Assembly (NCBI GenBank): GCA_017936745.1
Contig: JAGBEY010000012.1
Span: 32,420-96,419, forward strand
Length of the DNA stretch: 64,000 nucleotides
Source: Clostridia bacterium
GTDB taxonomy: Bacteria; Bacillota; Clostridia; UMGS1840
Direction: 5' to 3'
In this document: positions 19,063 to 29,990 of the stretch, one piece after another
Position numbering within the stretch: the stretch's first letter is position 1
Layout: every line of letters begins with the position of its first letter
Translations under genes and position numbers: made by a program
The notes under the pieces: model-generated
Told to the model about the DNA's origin: nothing
What the model saw: the letters and a program-made list of their open reading frames with translations, nothing else
The model's database searches: none

Positions 19063-20301
19063 ATGGACTTTACCAACATCATCAGAAAAACCGATTCCAA
19101 AGTGGCAGATGCCATTGAGCTGGAAGTAAAAAGACAACGCTCCAAAATCGAACTGATTGCCTCTGAAAATTTTGTTTCCGAAGCAGTGCTTCAGGCAGTG
19201 GGTTCCCCCTTGACCAATAAATACGCAGAAGGATATCCCGGCAGACGTTATTATGGCGGTTGCGAATGTGTGGATATTGTGGAAGATATTGCCAGAGACC
19301 GTGCAAAAGCAATTTTCGGTTGCGATCACGCCAATGTTCAGCCCCATTCCGGTGCCAATGCGAACACAGCAGTTTACTTTGCTATGCTTCAGCCCGGTGA
19401 CACCATTTTGGGTATGAGTTTAGCACATGGCGGTCACTTAAGCCACGGCAGCCCGGTCAACATTTCAGGAAAATATTTCAATATTGTTTCCTACGGTGTG
19501 GATGATGAAACTCACACCATTGATTACGATAAAGTAAGAGAATTAGCTTTGGAACATAAACCCAAAATGATTGTGGCAGGTGCATCCGCATATCCCAGAA
19601 TCATTGATTTCCCCAAATTCAGGGAAATTGCAGATGAAGTGGGTGCATATCTGATGGTAGACATTGCCCACATTGCAGGCTTAGTTGCAGCAGGGTTGCA
19701 TCCCAGCCCGGTTCCCTATGCTGATTTTGTTACCACCACCACGCACAAAACCTTAAGAGGGCCTCGTGGCGGTATGATTATGTGTAAAGAGGAATATGCC
19801 AAGGCTATCGACAAAGCAATATTCCCCGGCTTGCAGGGTGGTCCTTTAATGCACGTCATCGCAGGGAAAGCTGTGGCGTTCGGCGAAGCTCTGACTCACG
19901 AATTTAAAGAATATCAGAAACGAATTGTGGAAAATGCAAAAGCTATGGCAGAAGCATTTTTGGAAGAAGGCATTGATTTGGTATCCGGCGGAACGGACAA
20001 TCATCTGATGCTTCTGGATTTAAGAAAGCTGGGTGTTACCGGCAAGGATGCAGAACAGCATTTGGATGAAGTGGGCATCACCGTAAATAAAAATGCCATC
20101 CCCAATGATCCCCAGTCTCCCTTCATCACCAGCGGTATCCGTGTGGGCACTGCAGCAGTGACCACAAGAGGTATGGGCGCAGAAGATATGAAAACGATTG
20201 CACACTTAATCGCACTGGCATTAAAAGATTTTGAAGGAAATAAAACAACTGTTCAGAAAGGCGTAGCCGCACTGGTTGCAAAATATAAACTGTATGAGTA
20301 A
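19063..20301 (+). CDS. glyA: serine hydroxymethyltransferase
   Basis: 412 aa. The PLP-lysine motif is [14 protein letters not shown], and similarity runs the full length. Confidence 0.96.
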   Translation: MDFTNIIRKTDSKVADAIELEVKRQRSKIELIASENFVSEAVLQAVGSPLTNKYAEGYPGRRYYGGCECVDIVEDIARDRAKAIFGCDHANVQPHSGANANTAVYFAMLQPGDTILGMSLAHGGHLSHGSPVNISGKYFNIVSYGVDDETHTIDYDKVRELALEHKPKMIVAGASAYPRIIDFPKFREIADEVGAYLMVDIAHIAGLVAAGLHPSPVPYADFVTTTTHKTLRGPRGGMIMCKEEYAKAIDKAIFPGLQGGPLMHVIAGKAVAFGEALTHEFKEYQKRIVENAKAMAEAFLEEGIDLVSGGTDNHLMLLDLRKLGVTGKDAEQHLDEVGITVNKNAIPNDPQSPFITSGIRVGTAAVTTRGMGAEDMKTIAHLIALALKDFEGNKTTVQKGVAALVAKYKLYE

Positions 20302-21589
20302 ACCATTAGCCGACAGGCTCCGTCCCCAGCATATTACCGAAGTTGTCGGTCAAAGGCATCTCCTCCAAGAGGGGATGCCTGTTTTTGCTGTGTTGGAACG
20401 GTCGAAAGAGGCGGGAATGAGTCTCCCGAATATGATTTTCTATGGCCCGTCCGGAACGGGGAAAACCACGGTTGCCAATCTGATTGCAAAAAACATAAAC
20501 AAACAGCTGTATAAGCTGAATGCAACCAACGCCTCGGTTGCCGACATCAAGGCAATTATCGCTGATTTAAACGGCTTTCAGGGGCAAAACGGCGTGGTGC
20601 TTTACTTAGACGAAATTCAGAATTTTAACAAAAAGCAACAGCAATCCCTATTGGAATATGTGGAAAAAGGAGACATCACCCTCATCGCCTCCACCACTGA
20701 AAATCCTCATTTTTATATTTACAATGCCCTTTTGTCCCGTTGTACGGTATTTGAATTTCACGAATTGTCGCAGGAGGACATCAAAGAGGCTGTCCATCGT
20801 GCTATCGGCATTTTGCAGGAGGAAATGGACATCACCTTTACGGAGGATGCTGTTTCTCACATTGCCGCATCTTCGGGCGGAGATTGCAGAAAGGCACTGA
20901 ACACCGTGGAAATGTGTTCTATGATTGCGAAAGTGGATGAAACGGGCAAGATATCGGTCACCTTAGAGGATGCAGAACGTGCCACCTCCAAAAAAGCCTT
21001 CCGCTATGACAAAGACGGTGACAGTCATTATGACATCTTATCTGCCTTTCAGAAATCCATCCGCGGCAGCGATCCGGATGCGGCACTTCATTACCTAGCA
21101 CGGCTCATTGCCGGCGGAGATTTAATTTCCATTTGCAGGCGGATTATGGTAATGGCGTCGGAGGATGTAGGCCTTGCCTATCCCCAGGCAATTTCCATTG
21201 TAAAATCCTGTGTGGATGCGGCATTTCAATTGGGATTTCCCGAAGCAAGAATCCCCCTTGCTCAAGCTGTGATTCTGCTGGCTACCGCACCAAAATCCAA
21301 CTCAGTAATTATGAGTATTGATGCGGCACTCTCTGATGTGGAGCACACCCATACGGGTGATATTCCCTCGCATTTGAAAGACGGTCACTATGCCGGAGCA
21401 AAAAAGCTGGGGCACGCTCAGGGCTATCAATATGCCCACGATTTCCCCAATCATTATGTGGAGCAACAGTATTTACCGGACGAAATCAAAGACAAAGCAT
21501 ACTATTTCCCATGCGATAATAAATTTGAAACCGAAAGCCTGAACTATGCCAAAAAAATCGGCGCACTCTGGGCAAAGAAAAAACGGTAA
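20294..21589 (+). CDS. rarA: replication-associated recombination protein A (MgsA/RarA AAA+ ATPase)
   Basis: Walker A is GPSGTGKTT and Walker B is [10 protein letters not shown]. The MgsA C-terminal motif is [17 protein letters not shown]. The ATG at 20294 overlaps the glyA stop (ATGAGTAA). Confidence 0.9.
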   Translation: MSKPLADRLRPQHITEVVGQRHLLQEGMPVFAVLERSKEAGMSLPNMIFYGPSGTGKTTVANLIAKNINKQLYKLNATNASVADIKAIIADLNGFQGQNGVVLYLDEIQNFNKKQQQSLLEYVEKGDITLIASTTENPHFYIYNALLSRCTVFEFHELSQEDIKEAVHRAIGILQEEMDITFTEDAVSHIAASSGGDCRKALNTVEMCSMIAKVDETGKISVTLEDAERATSKKAFRYDKDGDSHYDILSAFQKSIRGSDPDAALHYLARLIAGGDLISICRRIMVMASEDVGLAYPQAISIVKSCVDAAFQLGFPEARIPLAQAVILLATAPKSNSVIMSIDAALSDVEHTHTGDIPSHLKDGHYAGAKKLGHAQGYQYAHDFPNHYVEQQYLPDEIKDKAYYFPCDNKFETESLNYAKKIGALWAKKKR

Positions 21590-21595
21590 GGTGCA

Positions 21596-22114
21596 ATGAT
21601 AATGGATTTCCCATCTCGAAAACCAACACGGTTGAAAGATTACGATTATTCTGCTCCCGGAGTCTATTTTATAACGATATGTGTAAAAGACAGACGAGAA
21701 TTGCTGTCCAACATTACCGTAGGGGCCGGCGTCCTCGACGGTCCGCATAACATCCTGAGTAATTATGGGAGAATTGCCAACAAATGTCTTATCAATATGA
21801 GTCATTTCTATGATAACATCAAAATCGACAAGTTCGTGATTATGCCCAACCATATTCATATGCTGATACAAATAACAGATACCAATAACGGACCGTCGGG
21901 GACGCCGGTCCCTACAAATTCCTTGGTTTCTAAATTTATAAGTACATGGAAACGGTTTTGTAATAAAGAATATGGACAAAACATCTGGCAACGGTCCTAT
22001 CACGATCACATCATCCGAGGAGAAAAAGATTACAAAAAAATATGGGAATATATTGATACTAATGTAATCAAATGGGAAACCGATTGTTTTTATAACGGAA
22101 AAATGCCGCAGTGA
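21596..22114 (+). CDS. REP-associated tyrosine transposase (RAYT, IS200/IS605 Y1 transposase-like)
   Basis: 172 aa. The HUH motif is MPNHIHMLIQ. The C-terminal motif WQRSYHDHIIRGEKDYKKIWEYIDTNVIKW is typical of the TnpA-REP family. It is single-copy and has no IS ends. Confidence 0.85.
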   Translation: MIMDFPSRKPTRLKDYDYSAPGVYFITICVKDRRELLSNITVGAGVLDGPHNILSNYGRIANKCLINMSHFYDNIKIDKFVIMPNHIHMLIQITDTNNGPSGTPVPTNSLVSKFISTWKRFCNKEYGQNIWQRSYHDHIIRGEKDYKKIWEYIDTNVIKWETDCFYNGKMPQ

Positions 22115-22139
22115 AATTCACTGCGGCATTTTATTTTTT
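22099..22139. terminator. bidirectional terminator overlapping the RAYT stop codon
   Basis: Stem AAAATGCCGCAGTGAA/TTCACTGCGGCATTTT with T-runs on both strands. Confidence 0.75.
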
Positions 22140-22169
22140 ACGGGTTTGATACATATTATAGATATCATT

Positions 22170-22300
22170 TTCCAGGGAATCGAAAAAATGCTTCAGAATT
22201 AACAAACTGAGCCGTGAAAATATTTCAACGGGTTATCCGAAGGCGTACATAGGTACGCCGAGTGACGAAGTTTGTTGATAGCAAGAAAATATTTTCTTGC
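22170..22300. repeat. single copy of the composite hairpin repeat
   Basis: It contains the cgaaaaaatg box (22181), a CCGTGAAA...TTTCAACGG hairpin, then CCGAA-GGCGTAC-ATAG-GTACGCC-GAGTG (22237-22264). Confidence 0.7.
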
Positions 22301-22314
22301 GGTCTGGACATTTT

Positions 22315-22731
22315 TTACATTCCCTTTTTTCCGAATGTGAAAAATTTCTGAAGCAAAAAGGTTACCGGTACACCGATTGCCGCTGCCAACACATAAGCAA
22401 CCAGCTTATGCCAGCTCAAAATGTTGTAACAAAGAATCACTATCCCATTCTGAATGAGAAAATTGGGAACGGTTGCAATGGCATATTTCACCAGCTTATT
22501 CCAGGCAAGTTTTTCCATAAAGGTGAAGCGGCTGTTTAAAAGATACGACACCAGAAATCCCGCACAGTACCCTATCACATAAGAAAGATTGGGATTAAAC
22601 CAATCGGAAATGAGATAGGAAACCACAATGGAAGTCAGGGTATTGATTCCGCCAATCAGCACAAATAAGATAAAATCCTTTTTCAAAAAAAGATTTTTCA
22701 CAAGCTCAAACAGTTTCATCTTACTTTGCAA
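22315..22731 (-). CDS. GtrA-family membrane protein
   Basis: 138 aa with four TM helices. The GtrA-like pattern reads FILFVLIGGINTLTSIVVSYL...NSRFTF. Confidence 0.8.
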   Translation of the reverse strand: MQSKMKLFELVKNLFLKKDFILFVLIGGINTLTSIVVSYLISDWFNPNLSYVIGYCAGFLVSYLLNSRFTFMEKLAWNKLVKYAIATVPNFLIQNGIVILCYNILSWHKLVAYVLAAAIGVPVTFLLQKFFTFGKKGM

Positions 22732-24235
22732 TCAAGCTCCGACCGGTCATTTCTTCCGGCTGGGGGAGTTCCATTAAGTCCAGCATGGTGGGGCAAACAT
22801 CAGCCAGGCAACCACCGTCTTTTAAGGTTACCTCACCTGCACCGCAAACAATCAGCGGAACGGGATTGGTGGTGTGTGCAGTTACAATCCCTTCTGCGTC
22901 GGAGAACATCAGATCGGCATTACCGTGGTCTGCAGTAATCACCGCGATACCGCCTTTTGCCAGAATGGCTTCCACGGTTTCTTTCATACAGTCATCCACT
23001 GCTTTGACTGCTTTGGTTGCCGCATCAAAGTCACCGGTGTGGCCAACCATATCACAGTTTGCATAATTTAAAATGATAACATCATATTTATCAGAATTGA
23101 TGCGGTTTAACACCTCATCTTTTACTTCAAAAGCAGACATTTCGGGCTTCAAATCGTAGGTTGCAACCTTGGGAGAAGCAATTAACGCTCTATCCTCTCC
23201 CTGAAATTCTGCTTCCACGCCGCCGTTGAAGAAAAAGGTAACGTGAGCATATTTTTCAGTTTCCGCAATTCTTAACTGTTTCAAGCCTTTTTGGGAAATA
23301 TATTCGCCAAAGGTATTTTTTAAGCTCTGAGGTTTGTATGCAACAGACACATTGGGCATAGTTGCATCGTACTGGGTCATACATACATAGAATAAGGGGA
23401 AAAAGTCACGGGAAAAGCCGTCAAATGCTTCGTCTACAAAGGTACGGGTGATTTCTCTTGCACGGTCGGGACGGAAGTTGAAGAAAATTACGCTGTCATT
23501 TTCTGAGATGGTTTTTGCACCGTCAATAACAGTAGGCAGAACAAATTCGTCTACCACTTCATTTGCATAGGATGCGGTGATTGCTTCTTCGGAAGAAGCG
23601 GCAGTCTCGCCAACACCTTTTACCATAGCACGGTATGCTTTTTCCACACGTTCCCAACGATTGTCACGGTCCATTGCATAGTATCTGCCCATAATGGTGG
23701 CAATTTTGCCGACGCCGATTTTTTTCATTTCGTCTTCCAGTTGTGCTAAATATTCTTTTGCAGAAGAAGGCGGAACATCACGGCCGTCTAAGAAGCAATG
23801 CACATATACTTCGGTTAACCCGCTTTTCTTTGCCAGCTCCAAGAGTCCGTACAGATGGGTGTTATGACTATGCACACCGCCGTCAGACAACAGCCCCATC
23901 AAATGGAGTGCAGTTCCGTTTTGTTTACAGTTCTCCATCGCCTGAAGAAGCACGTCATTTTTGAAAAAGTCCCCGTCTTGAATCGCTTTGGTGATACGGG
24001 TCAACTCCTGATATACAATTCTTCCTGCACCGATATTGGTGTGCCCCACTTCGGAGTTCCCCATCTGCCCGTCGGGTAAGCCAACTGCCATCCCGCTGGC
24101 ATCAATTAAGGTGTTGGGATATTTTTCCAACAGAGTATCAATATATTTATTTTCTACGGCTGAAATGGCATTTCCTTTTTCTTCGGGATTGTAGCCATAG
24201 CCATCCATAATCAGTAATGCAATGGGTTTCTTCAT
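22721..24235 (-). CDS. gpmI: 2,3-bisphosphoglycerate-independent phosphoglycerate mutase
   Basis: 504 aa with the MGNSEVGHTNIGAGR motif and full-length similarity to iPGM. Confidence 0.95.
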   Translation of the reverse strand: MKKPIALLIMDGYGYNPEEKGNAISAVENKYIDTLLEKYPNTLIDASGMAVGLPDGQMGNSEVGHTNIGAGRIVYQELTRITKAIQDGDFFKNDVLLQAMENCKQNGTALHLMGLLSDGGVHSHNTHLYGLLELAKKSGLTEVYVHCFLDGRDVPPSSAKEYLAQLEDEMKKIGVGKIATIMGRYYAMDRDNRWERVEKAYRAMVKGVGETAASSEEAITASYANEVVDEFVLPTVIDGAKTISENDSVIFFNFRPDRAREITRTFVDEAFDGFSRDFFPLFYVCMTQYDATMPNVSVAYKPQSLKNTFGEYISQKGLKQLRIAETEKYAHVTFFFNGGVEAEFQGEDRALIASPKVATYDLKPEMSAFEVKDEVLNRINSDKYDVIILNYANCDMVGHTGDFDAATKAVKAVDDCMKETVEAILAKGGIAVITADHGNADLMFSDAEGIVTAHTTNPVPLIVCGAGEVTLKDGGCLADVCPTMLDLMELPQPEEMTGRSLIAK

Positions 24236-24327
24236 ACTGCGTTTCCTTTCTCTTGGAAAATGGCAAGAGTTTTTTTGAAAGCTCTTGCCATTTCTTCAAT
24301 TTAAAGTAAGTTTAATTTCCTGATCTG

Positions 24328-24509
24328 GACATCAGATAATTGAGCGACATTCGCCCGAACCGGGGGCAACCGCCGTTTCCGGGATGGAAATTTTTAGCAA
24401 GGGAAGGCAAAAGCACAGCAAATACTTTTTTGTATTTGCGAGCATTTTAACGTACCATTGCATAAAATTTACTCACAGAAACCGAATGAGAGTTCAATTT
24501 TCTGATGTC
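24328..24509. repeat. inverted-repeat-bounded structured insert in the tpiA-gpmI spacer
   Basis: GACATCAGATAATTGAG (24328-24344) pairs with TTCAATTTTCTGATGTC (24493-24509), 15 of 17 complementary. Internal hairpins include GCAAATAC/GTATTTGC. The right arm abuts the tpiA stop codon. Confidence 0.6.
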
Positions 24510-25262
24510 TTATTTACACGCATTGATGATGGTGGTGAAATCTTCGCCTTTTAAGGAAGCACCGCCGATTAAGCCGCCATCAATGTTGGGCATAGTCAGA
24601 AGTCCTGCTGCATTTTTTGCATTCATGCTGCCACCGTAAAGAATTCTTACAACATCAGCCACGTCAGCAGAGTACAGGTCGGTTAAGCAAGCACGAATGA
24701 ATGCACAAACTTCTTCTGCCTGTTCATCGGTTGCGGTTTTTCCGGTACCGATTGCCCAGATGGGTTCGTAAGCAACCACAACTTTTTTCGCATCGTCAGC
24801 AGTGATACCTGCAAATGCTTTTACAACCTGGTCTTTGATTAAATCGTTGGTGATACCTTTTTCACGGTCTTCCAGCTTTTCCCCCACACAAACTACGGGA
24901 ACAATGCCTTTTTCCAACGCTTTCACGGTTTTTTTGTTCACGGTTTCGTCGGTTTCTGCAAAGTATTCTCTTCTTTCGGAGTGACCGATTACAACGTAAG
25001 TTACACCAATGTCTAAGAGCATATCTGCACTGACTTCACCGGTGTATGCACCGCTTTCCATAAAATGGAGGTTCTGTGCACCGATGTTCAATTTTGTGCC
25101 TTCTGCAGCTTTTACTGCATTCTGGATGCATACGAAAGGTACACAAGCCAAAACGTCACAATTTGCACCGTCCACAGCGCCTTTGAAGGAATTGATTAAA
25201 TCCTGCGCTTCGGAGGGTTTTTTATTCATTTTCCAGTTTCCTGCAATCAATTTGGTTCTCAT
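24510..25262 (-). CDS. tpiA: triose-phosphate isomerase
   Basis: 250 aa with the AYEPIWAIGTGKTA motif. Confidence 0.96.
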   Translation of the reverse strand: MRTKLIAGNWKMNKKPSEAQDLINSFKGAVDGANCDVLACVPFVCIQNAVKAAEGTKLNIGAQNLHFMESGAYTGEVSADMLLDIGVTYVVIGHSERREYFAETDETVNKKTVKALEKGIVPVVCVGEKLEDREKGITNDLIKDQVVKAFAGITADDAKKVVVAYEPIWAIGTGKTATDEQAEEVCAFIRACLTDLYSADVADVVRILYGGSMNAKNAAGLLTMPNIDGGLIGGASLKGEDFTTIINACK

Positions 25263-25280
25263 AATTTGTTTCTCCTTCTA

Positions 25281-26462
25281 TTATTTGTCGTTTAAGCAAT
25301 CAATACCGGGCAGAACAATACCTTCCAAAAATTCTAAGGAAGCACCGCCGCCGGTGGAAATGTGGGTTACTTTATCGCCAAAGCCAAACTGTTCTACTGC
25401 TGCTGCAGAGTCACCGCCTCCAATGATGGAGATAGCATCGGATGCTGCGATTGCTTCTGCTACAGAGATAGTACCTTTTGCAAAGTTGGACATTTCAAAC
25501 ACGCCCATAGGACCGTTCCAGATTACGGTTTTCGCATTCTTCACAACATCGGAGAATAACTCGATGGTTTTTGCACCGATGTCCAGACCTTCCCAGTCTG
25601 CGGGAATTGCTTTGGAATCAACAGTTTTGAAGTTTGCATCGTTGGAGAAGCCGTCTGCAACAACGGTATCAACAGGCAGATACATTTTTACGCCTTTTGC
25701 TTCTGCTTTTGCCAGAAGTTCTTTTGCTAAATCCAGCTTATCGTTTTCGCAGATGGATTTTCCGATTTCATAGCCCTGAGCTTTCAAGAAGGTATAAGCC
25801 ATACCGCCGCCGATGATTAAGGAATCCACCTTTTCAATCAGGTTATTGATTACACCGATTTTATCGGAAACCTTTGCACCGCCTAAGATTGCAACAAAGG
25901 GTCTTTCGGGGTTGGACAACGCTTTGCCCATAATATCAATTTCTTTCTGAATGAGGTAACCGCAAACTGCAGGCAGATAATCAGCAACGCCTGCGGTGGA
26001 AGCGTGTGCTCTGTGAGCAGTGCCGAATGCATCGTTTACATAAACTTCAGCCAGGGATGCCAATGCTTTTGCAAATTCGGGATCATTTTTTTCTTCTTCT
26101 TTATGGAAACGAACGTTTTCCAGGCAGATTACATCGCCGTCTTTCATATCTGCTACCAATGCTTTTGCACTGTCGCCAATAACATCTTCTGCTAATTTTA
26201 CTTCTTTGCCTAAGATTTCAGACAGTCTTTTGGTAACGGGAGCAAGGCTGTATTTCATATTGAATTCGCCCTTGGGTCTGCCCATGTGAGAGCACAGAAT
26301 TACTTTTGCACCCTGCCCCATTAAATATTTGATGGTGGGCAGAGCACCGTTGATTCTGTTTTCATCGGTGATATTTTTGTTTTCATCCAGGGGAACATTA
26401 AAGTCGCATCTTACCAGGACTTTCTTGCCCGCTACCTGAATATCTTCAATTGTTTTTTTCAT
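25281..26462 (-). CDS. pgk: phosphoglycerate kinase
   Basis: 393 aa with RCDFNVP and GGGDSAAA motifs. Confidence 0.96.
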   Translation of the reverse strand: MKKTIEDIQVAGKKVLVRCDFNVPLDENKNITDENRINGALPTIKYLMGQGAKVILCSHMGRPKGEFNMKYSLAPVTKRLSEILGKEVKLAEDVIGDSAKALVADMKDGDVICLENVRFHKEEEKNDPEFAKALASLAEVYVNDAFGTAHRAHASTAGVADYLPAVCGYLIQKEIDIMGKALSNPERPFVAILGGAKVSDKIGVINNLIEKVDSLIIGGGMAYTFLKAQGYEIGKSICENDKLDLAKELLAKAEAKGVKMYLPVDTVVADGFSNDANFKTVDSKAIPADWEGLDIGAKTIELFSDVVKNAKTVIWNGPMGVFEMSNFAKGTISVAEAIAASDAISIIGGGDSAAAVEQFGFGDKVTHISTGGGASLEFLEGIVLPGIDCLNDK

Positions 26463-26740
26463 AGGACGGTCTCCTTTTCGCGTATATAATATAATTTTTA
26501 TTCGAGTTCATTACGGCAAAATCTGCCAAATAATATTTTACTACATTTATTCCCATTTTTCAAGAGAATTTTCTAAAAAAATGAAAAATTGTTATATATT
26601 TATCAATATCTTAAAAAAATGAGCTTGGAATTAGACAAAATCCCTGAAAGAATGTCCCATTCTTTTGGTAGTTTTGCTATTGATTTTTTTGGAGAAATCT
26701 GCTAAAATAAAGCTAATTATATTGTTCACTCGAGGATGCT

Positions 26741-27718
26741 ATGAGAAAATTCACCATAAACCGCAATGATGCGGACTTAAGGCTTGATAAATTTATCAAA
26801 AAAGTGCTGAAATATGCCCCCGATTCGCTGATATACAAATATCTTCGGAAAAAGCGGATTAAAGTAAACGGCAAAAAGGAAGAAATCTCCTACAAATTGC
26901 AAGTGGGAGACGTGCTGGAATTTTATGTAAATGACGAGCTGTTTTTTGATGCCAAGGAAAACGAAACTTCTTTCCTTAAAATCAAGCCCGATTTAGACAT
27001 TGTGTATGAGGATGAAAACATTCTGCTCATCCATAAAAAAGTGGGAGTTGTGGTACATACCGACGAGAAAGAAAATTTCAATACCCTGATTTCTCACATT
27101 TTATCCTACCTTTACCAAAAAGGAGATTACAAGCCCGAAGAAGAGCTTGCCTTCCGCCCTGCCCTTTGCAACCGTATTGACCGGAACACGGGCGGTATTG
27201 TCATTGCTGCGAAAAATGCAGTGGCACTCCGTGCAGTAAACGAAGCCATCAAGCAAAACGAAACGGAAAAGAAGTATCTGTGTCTGGTGAGCGGTTTTTT
27301 AGAGAAAAAAGAGGCTACTCTAACAGCTTACCACTATAAAGATGAAGTGAAAAAGCAAGTCTTTGTGTCCGACCGCAAAAAAACGGGCTACAAAGAAATG
27401 ATTACCAAATACCGTGTGCTAAAAGAAACCAATCTTCACGGTTGCCCCGTGTCTCTCATAGAGGTTCATCTGATTACGGGAAGAACCCACCAGATTCGTG
27501 CCCATTTTTCTCATATCGGACATCCGCTGATTGGTGACGGAAAGTACGGCAAAAATGAAATCAACAAAAAATTCAACGCAAAATATCAGTATCTTTATGC
27601 GTACCGATTTCGTTTCACCTTAAAAAACAAGGAAAATCCCCTCTATTACTTAAACGGTCGGATTTTTGAAATTGATAAAATCCCCTTTATGGAGTGGGAA
27701 CACCTCTCGAAAAACTAA
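26741..27718 (+). CDS. RluA-family 23S rRNA pseudouridine synthase with S4-like N-terminus
   Basis: 325 aa. The catalytic motif is NRIDRNTGG (an HRLDxxTSG variant), with the THQIRAH motif further downstream. Confidence 0.85.
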   Translation: MRKFTINRNDADLRLDKFIKKVLKYAPDSLIYKYLRKKRIKVNGKKEEISYKLQVGDVLEFYVNDELFFDAKENETSFLKIKPDLDIVYEDENILLIHKKVGVVVHTDEKENFNTLISHILSYLYQKGDYKPEEELAFRPALCNRIDRNTGGIVIAAKNAVALRAVNEAIKQNETEKKYLCLVSGFLEKKEATLTAYHYKDEVKKQVFVSDRKKTGYKEMITKYRVLKETNLHGCPVSLIEVHLITGRTHQIRAHFSHIGHPLIGDGKYGKNEINKKFNAKYQYLYAYRFRFTLKNKENPLYYLNGRIFEIDKIPFMEWEHLSKN

Positions 27719-27742
27719 GCTTCCGAAAGGAATTTTACAAAT

Positions 27743-28447
27743 ATGTTAGAACGCCTGCGTGACTTTTTACAACAACAAAATATTACCCCAACAGAAGAAA
27801 TGATGAATCGTTTTCAAACATTCTCCGATTTGCTTCGGGAATGGAACGAAAAAATTAACCTGACCGCTATCACCGACCCTGCGGAAATTGAGCTGAAGCA
27901 TTTTATCGACAGCCTGACCATTTTAGAAACAGGAAAGATAAAAGGCTCGGTCATCGACATTGGGTGCGGTGCGGGGTTCCCCTCGTTCCCCATAAAAATT
28001 GCCTGCCCCGATGTAGAAGTCACACTCCTTGACTCCTTAAACAAACGGGTGCTATTCCAGAACGAGGTAATCAAGGAATTGGGTCTTGAAAAGGTTCACA
28101 CTGTCCATGCCCGTGGGGAGGACGGCGGCAAAAATCCCGACCTGAGAGAAAGATTTGACATTGCTACCGCAAGGGCGGTATCATCACTTCCCTCACTCAT
28201 TGAGCTTTGTATCCCTTTTGTAAAGGTAGGTGGATATTTTATCGCAATGAAAGGCTCCAATGTGGAGGAAGAAATTGCCGCCTCCAAAAAAGCCCTGAAA
28301 GAGCTGAATGCAGAAATTGAAACGGTGCTCTCGTTCCCGCTCCCCCATTCGGAGGACGGTCGGAACATCGTTGTAATAAAAAAACTGGCAAAAACCTTGC
28401 CGAAATACCCTCGGAATGCTCCGAAACCCATTAAGCAACCATTGTAA
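27743..28447 (+). CDS. rsmG: 16S rRNA (guanine527-N7)-methyltransferase
   Basis: 234 aa. The SAM motif is VIDIGCGAGFPSFPIKI, and the overall pattern is GidB-like. Confidence 0.9.
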   Translation: MLERLRDFLQQQNITPTEEMMNRFQTFSDLLREWNEKINLTAITDPAEIELKHFIDSLTILETGKIKGSVIDIGCGAGFPSFPIKIACPDVEVTLLDSLNKRVLFQNEVIKELGLEKVHTVHARGEDGGKNPDLRERFDIATARAVSSLPSLIELCIPFVKVGGYFIAMKGSNVEEEIAASKKALKELNAEIETVLSFPLPHSEDGRNIVVIKKLAKTLPKYPRNAPKPIKQPL

Positions 28448-28461
28448 GAAAGGATGAAACC

Positions 28462-29943
28462 ATGTTTATTGATATTAAAAACAGACGAGAAGTTTTCTGG
28501 GAAGATTCTATGATTATTCCCGAACATACCACCGCAGAACTGAAACTGCATAACCCCATCAAGCACGAGCAGATTCTTACCTTTGATGCTCCCTGGGAGA
28601 CGGAAGGGGTTGGTTATGCGATTACCGTGAAAGACGGCGACTTGTTCCGGATGTATTATGTGTGCGATGTTCCTGCAACCTTTGGTGTGTATTCCACCCG
28701 TGTGGTTTGTATGATGGAATCCAGCGACGGGAAAAATTGGATTCGCCCCAATTTAGGTCTGCACGAATGCAACGGCAGCAAAGAAAATAACATTATTTTA
28801 ATGGCACAAAAAAGCGAAACCTTAGAAGAACCCTTTGATAATTTCTTTGTGTTTATTGATGAAAACCCCCATTGTAAACCGGAGGAAAAATTCAAAGCAC
28901 TGGCTCTTTGCCGAAACTTGGAGGAAAAAGAACGGATTCACTGGTTAAGCCCCCGTGAACTGTGGCTGTATACGTCTGCCGACGGGATTCATTTTGTAAG
29001 AAACCGTATGGTGGTAGATTCCGAATTTGTAGGCAGAGGCGGATTTGACAGCATCAACACCGCCTGGTGGGATAAGGATGACCAGAAATATCACTGCTTT
29101 GTGAGAGTGTTTATGAAAGACCGCGTTCGAGACATTAAATATATGCAGTCCACCGATTTTGTAAACTGGTCTGAACCCATTCTTTTAAACTATGGCGAAA
29201 GCGAAGAATATGAGCTTTACACCAACCACATCATGAAATATTACCGTGCTCCCCATATGTTTATCGGATTCCCCGAACGGTATATTCAAAGACCAATCTT
29301 AGGTAAAAACTTTGAGCAAATGAACGGAGAAATGGGCGCAAAGCTCCGGAAAGACCGTGCAGAAAAGCTGGAGCTTCGTATTGGCACTGCAGTAACCGAG
29401 GGCATCTTTATGTGCTCCCGTGATGCTTTGAACTGGAAGCGTTATGATGAGATGTTCTTCCCCTTAGAGCAGGAGCATCCCTACAACTGGGCATATGGCG
29501 ATAACAGCTGTCCCATGTATCCCTTCCTGGAAACTGATTTACCCGCTCCCTGGAATGGCAAGGAAATTTCTTTTTATGTATTGGAAGGCTCTTTCTCCCC
29601 CAATCCCCACACTCTCCACCGGCATTCCATCCGTTTAGACGGTTTTGCATCCTATCACGCTGATTATGAAGTAAAAAAAGTAACCACCAAATCCATCCTG
29701 TTTACAGGAAGTGAACTGCACCTGAATTTTTCCACCTCCGCACTTGGCTGGATTTATGTGGATGTGCTGGATGCCAATAACAAGCCCTTAGAGGGCTGGC
29801 ACAGCTGTGAATTATTCGGCAACACCACTGACAGAACCGTATACTTTGGGGATTCCAAAGACGTTTCCTCCCTTCAGGGCAAGGTAATCCGTCTGCAGTT
29901 CACCATGCGTCAGGCTGATATTTACTCCTACAAATTTGAATAA
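28462..29943 (+). CDS. putative cytoplasmic glycoside hydrolase-like protein (paralog A)
   Basis: 493 aa with no signal peptide. The family was not recognised by eye. It lies in an apparent operon with the GH20 gene and is ~70 percent identical to paralog B. Confidence 0.45.
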   Translation: MFIDIKNRREVFWEDSMIIPEHTTAELKLHNPIKHEQILTFDAPWETEGVGYAITVKDGDLFRMYYVCDVPATFGVYSTRVVCMMESSDGKNWIRPNLGLHECNGSKENNIILMAQKSETLEEPFDNFFVFIDENPHCKPEEKFKALALCRNLEEKERIHWLSPRELWLYTSADGIHFVRNRMVVDSEFVGRGGFDSINTAWWDKDDQKYHCFVRVFMKDRVRDIKYMQSTDFVNWSEPILLNYGESEEYELYTNHIMKYYRAPHMFIGFPERYIQRPILGKNFEQMNGEMGAKLRKDRAEKLELRIGTAVTEGIFMCSRDALNWKRYDEMFFPLEQEHPYNWAYGDNSCPMYPFLETDLPAPWNGKEISFYVLEGSFSPNPHTLHRHSIRLDGFASYHADYEVKKVTTKSILFTGSELHLNFSTSALGWIYVDVLDANNKPLEGWHSCELFGNTTDRTVYFGDSKDVSSLQGKVIRLQFTMRQADIYSYKFE

Positions 29944-29990
29944 TTGATTCATTTACTATTTATAAAAAGACAAAAAGAAAGGGACACACT

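Noticed and set aside
26463-26740. Absence of gap/cggR upstream of pgk and of eno downstream of gpmI as an anomaly
   Set aside because: Glycolytic gene order varies among Firmicutes, and nothing in the sequence indicates a rearrangement scar.
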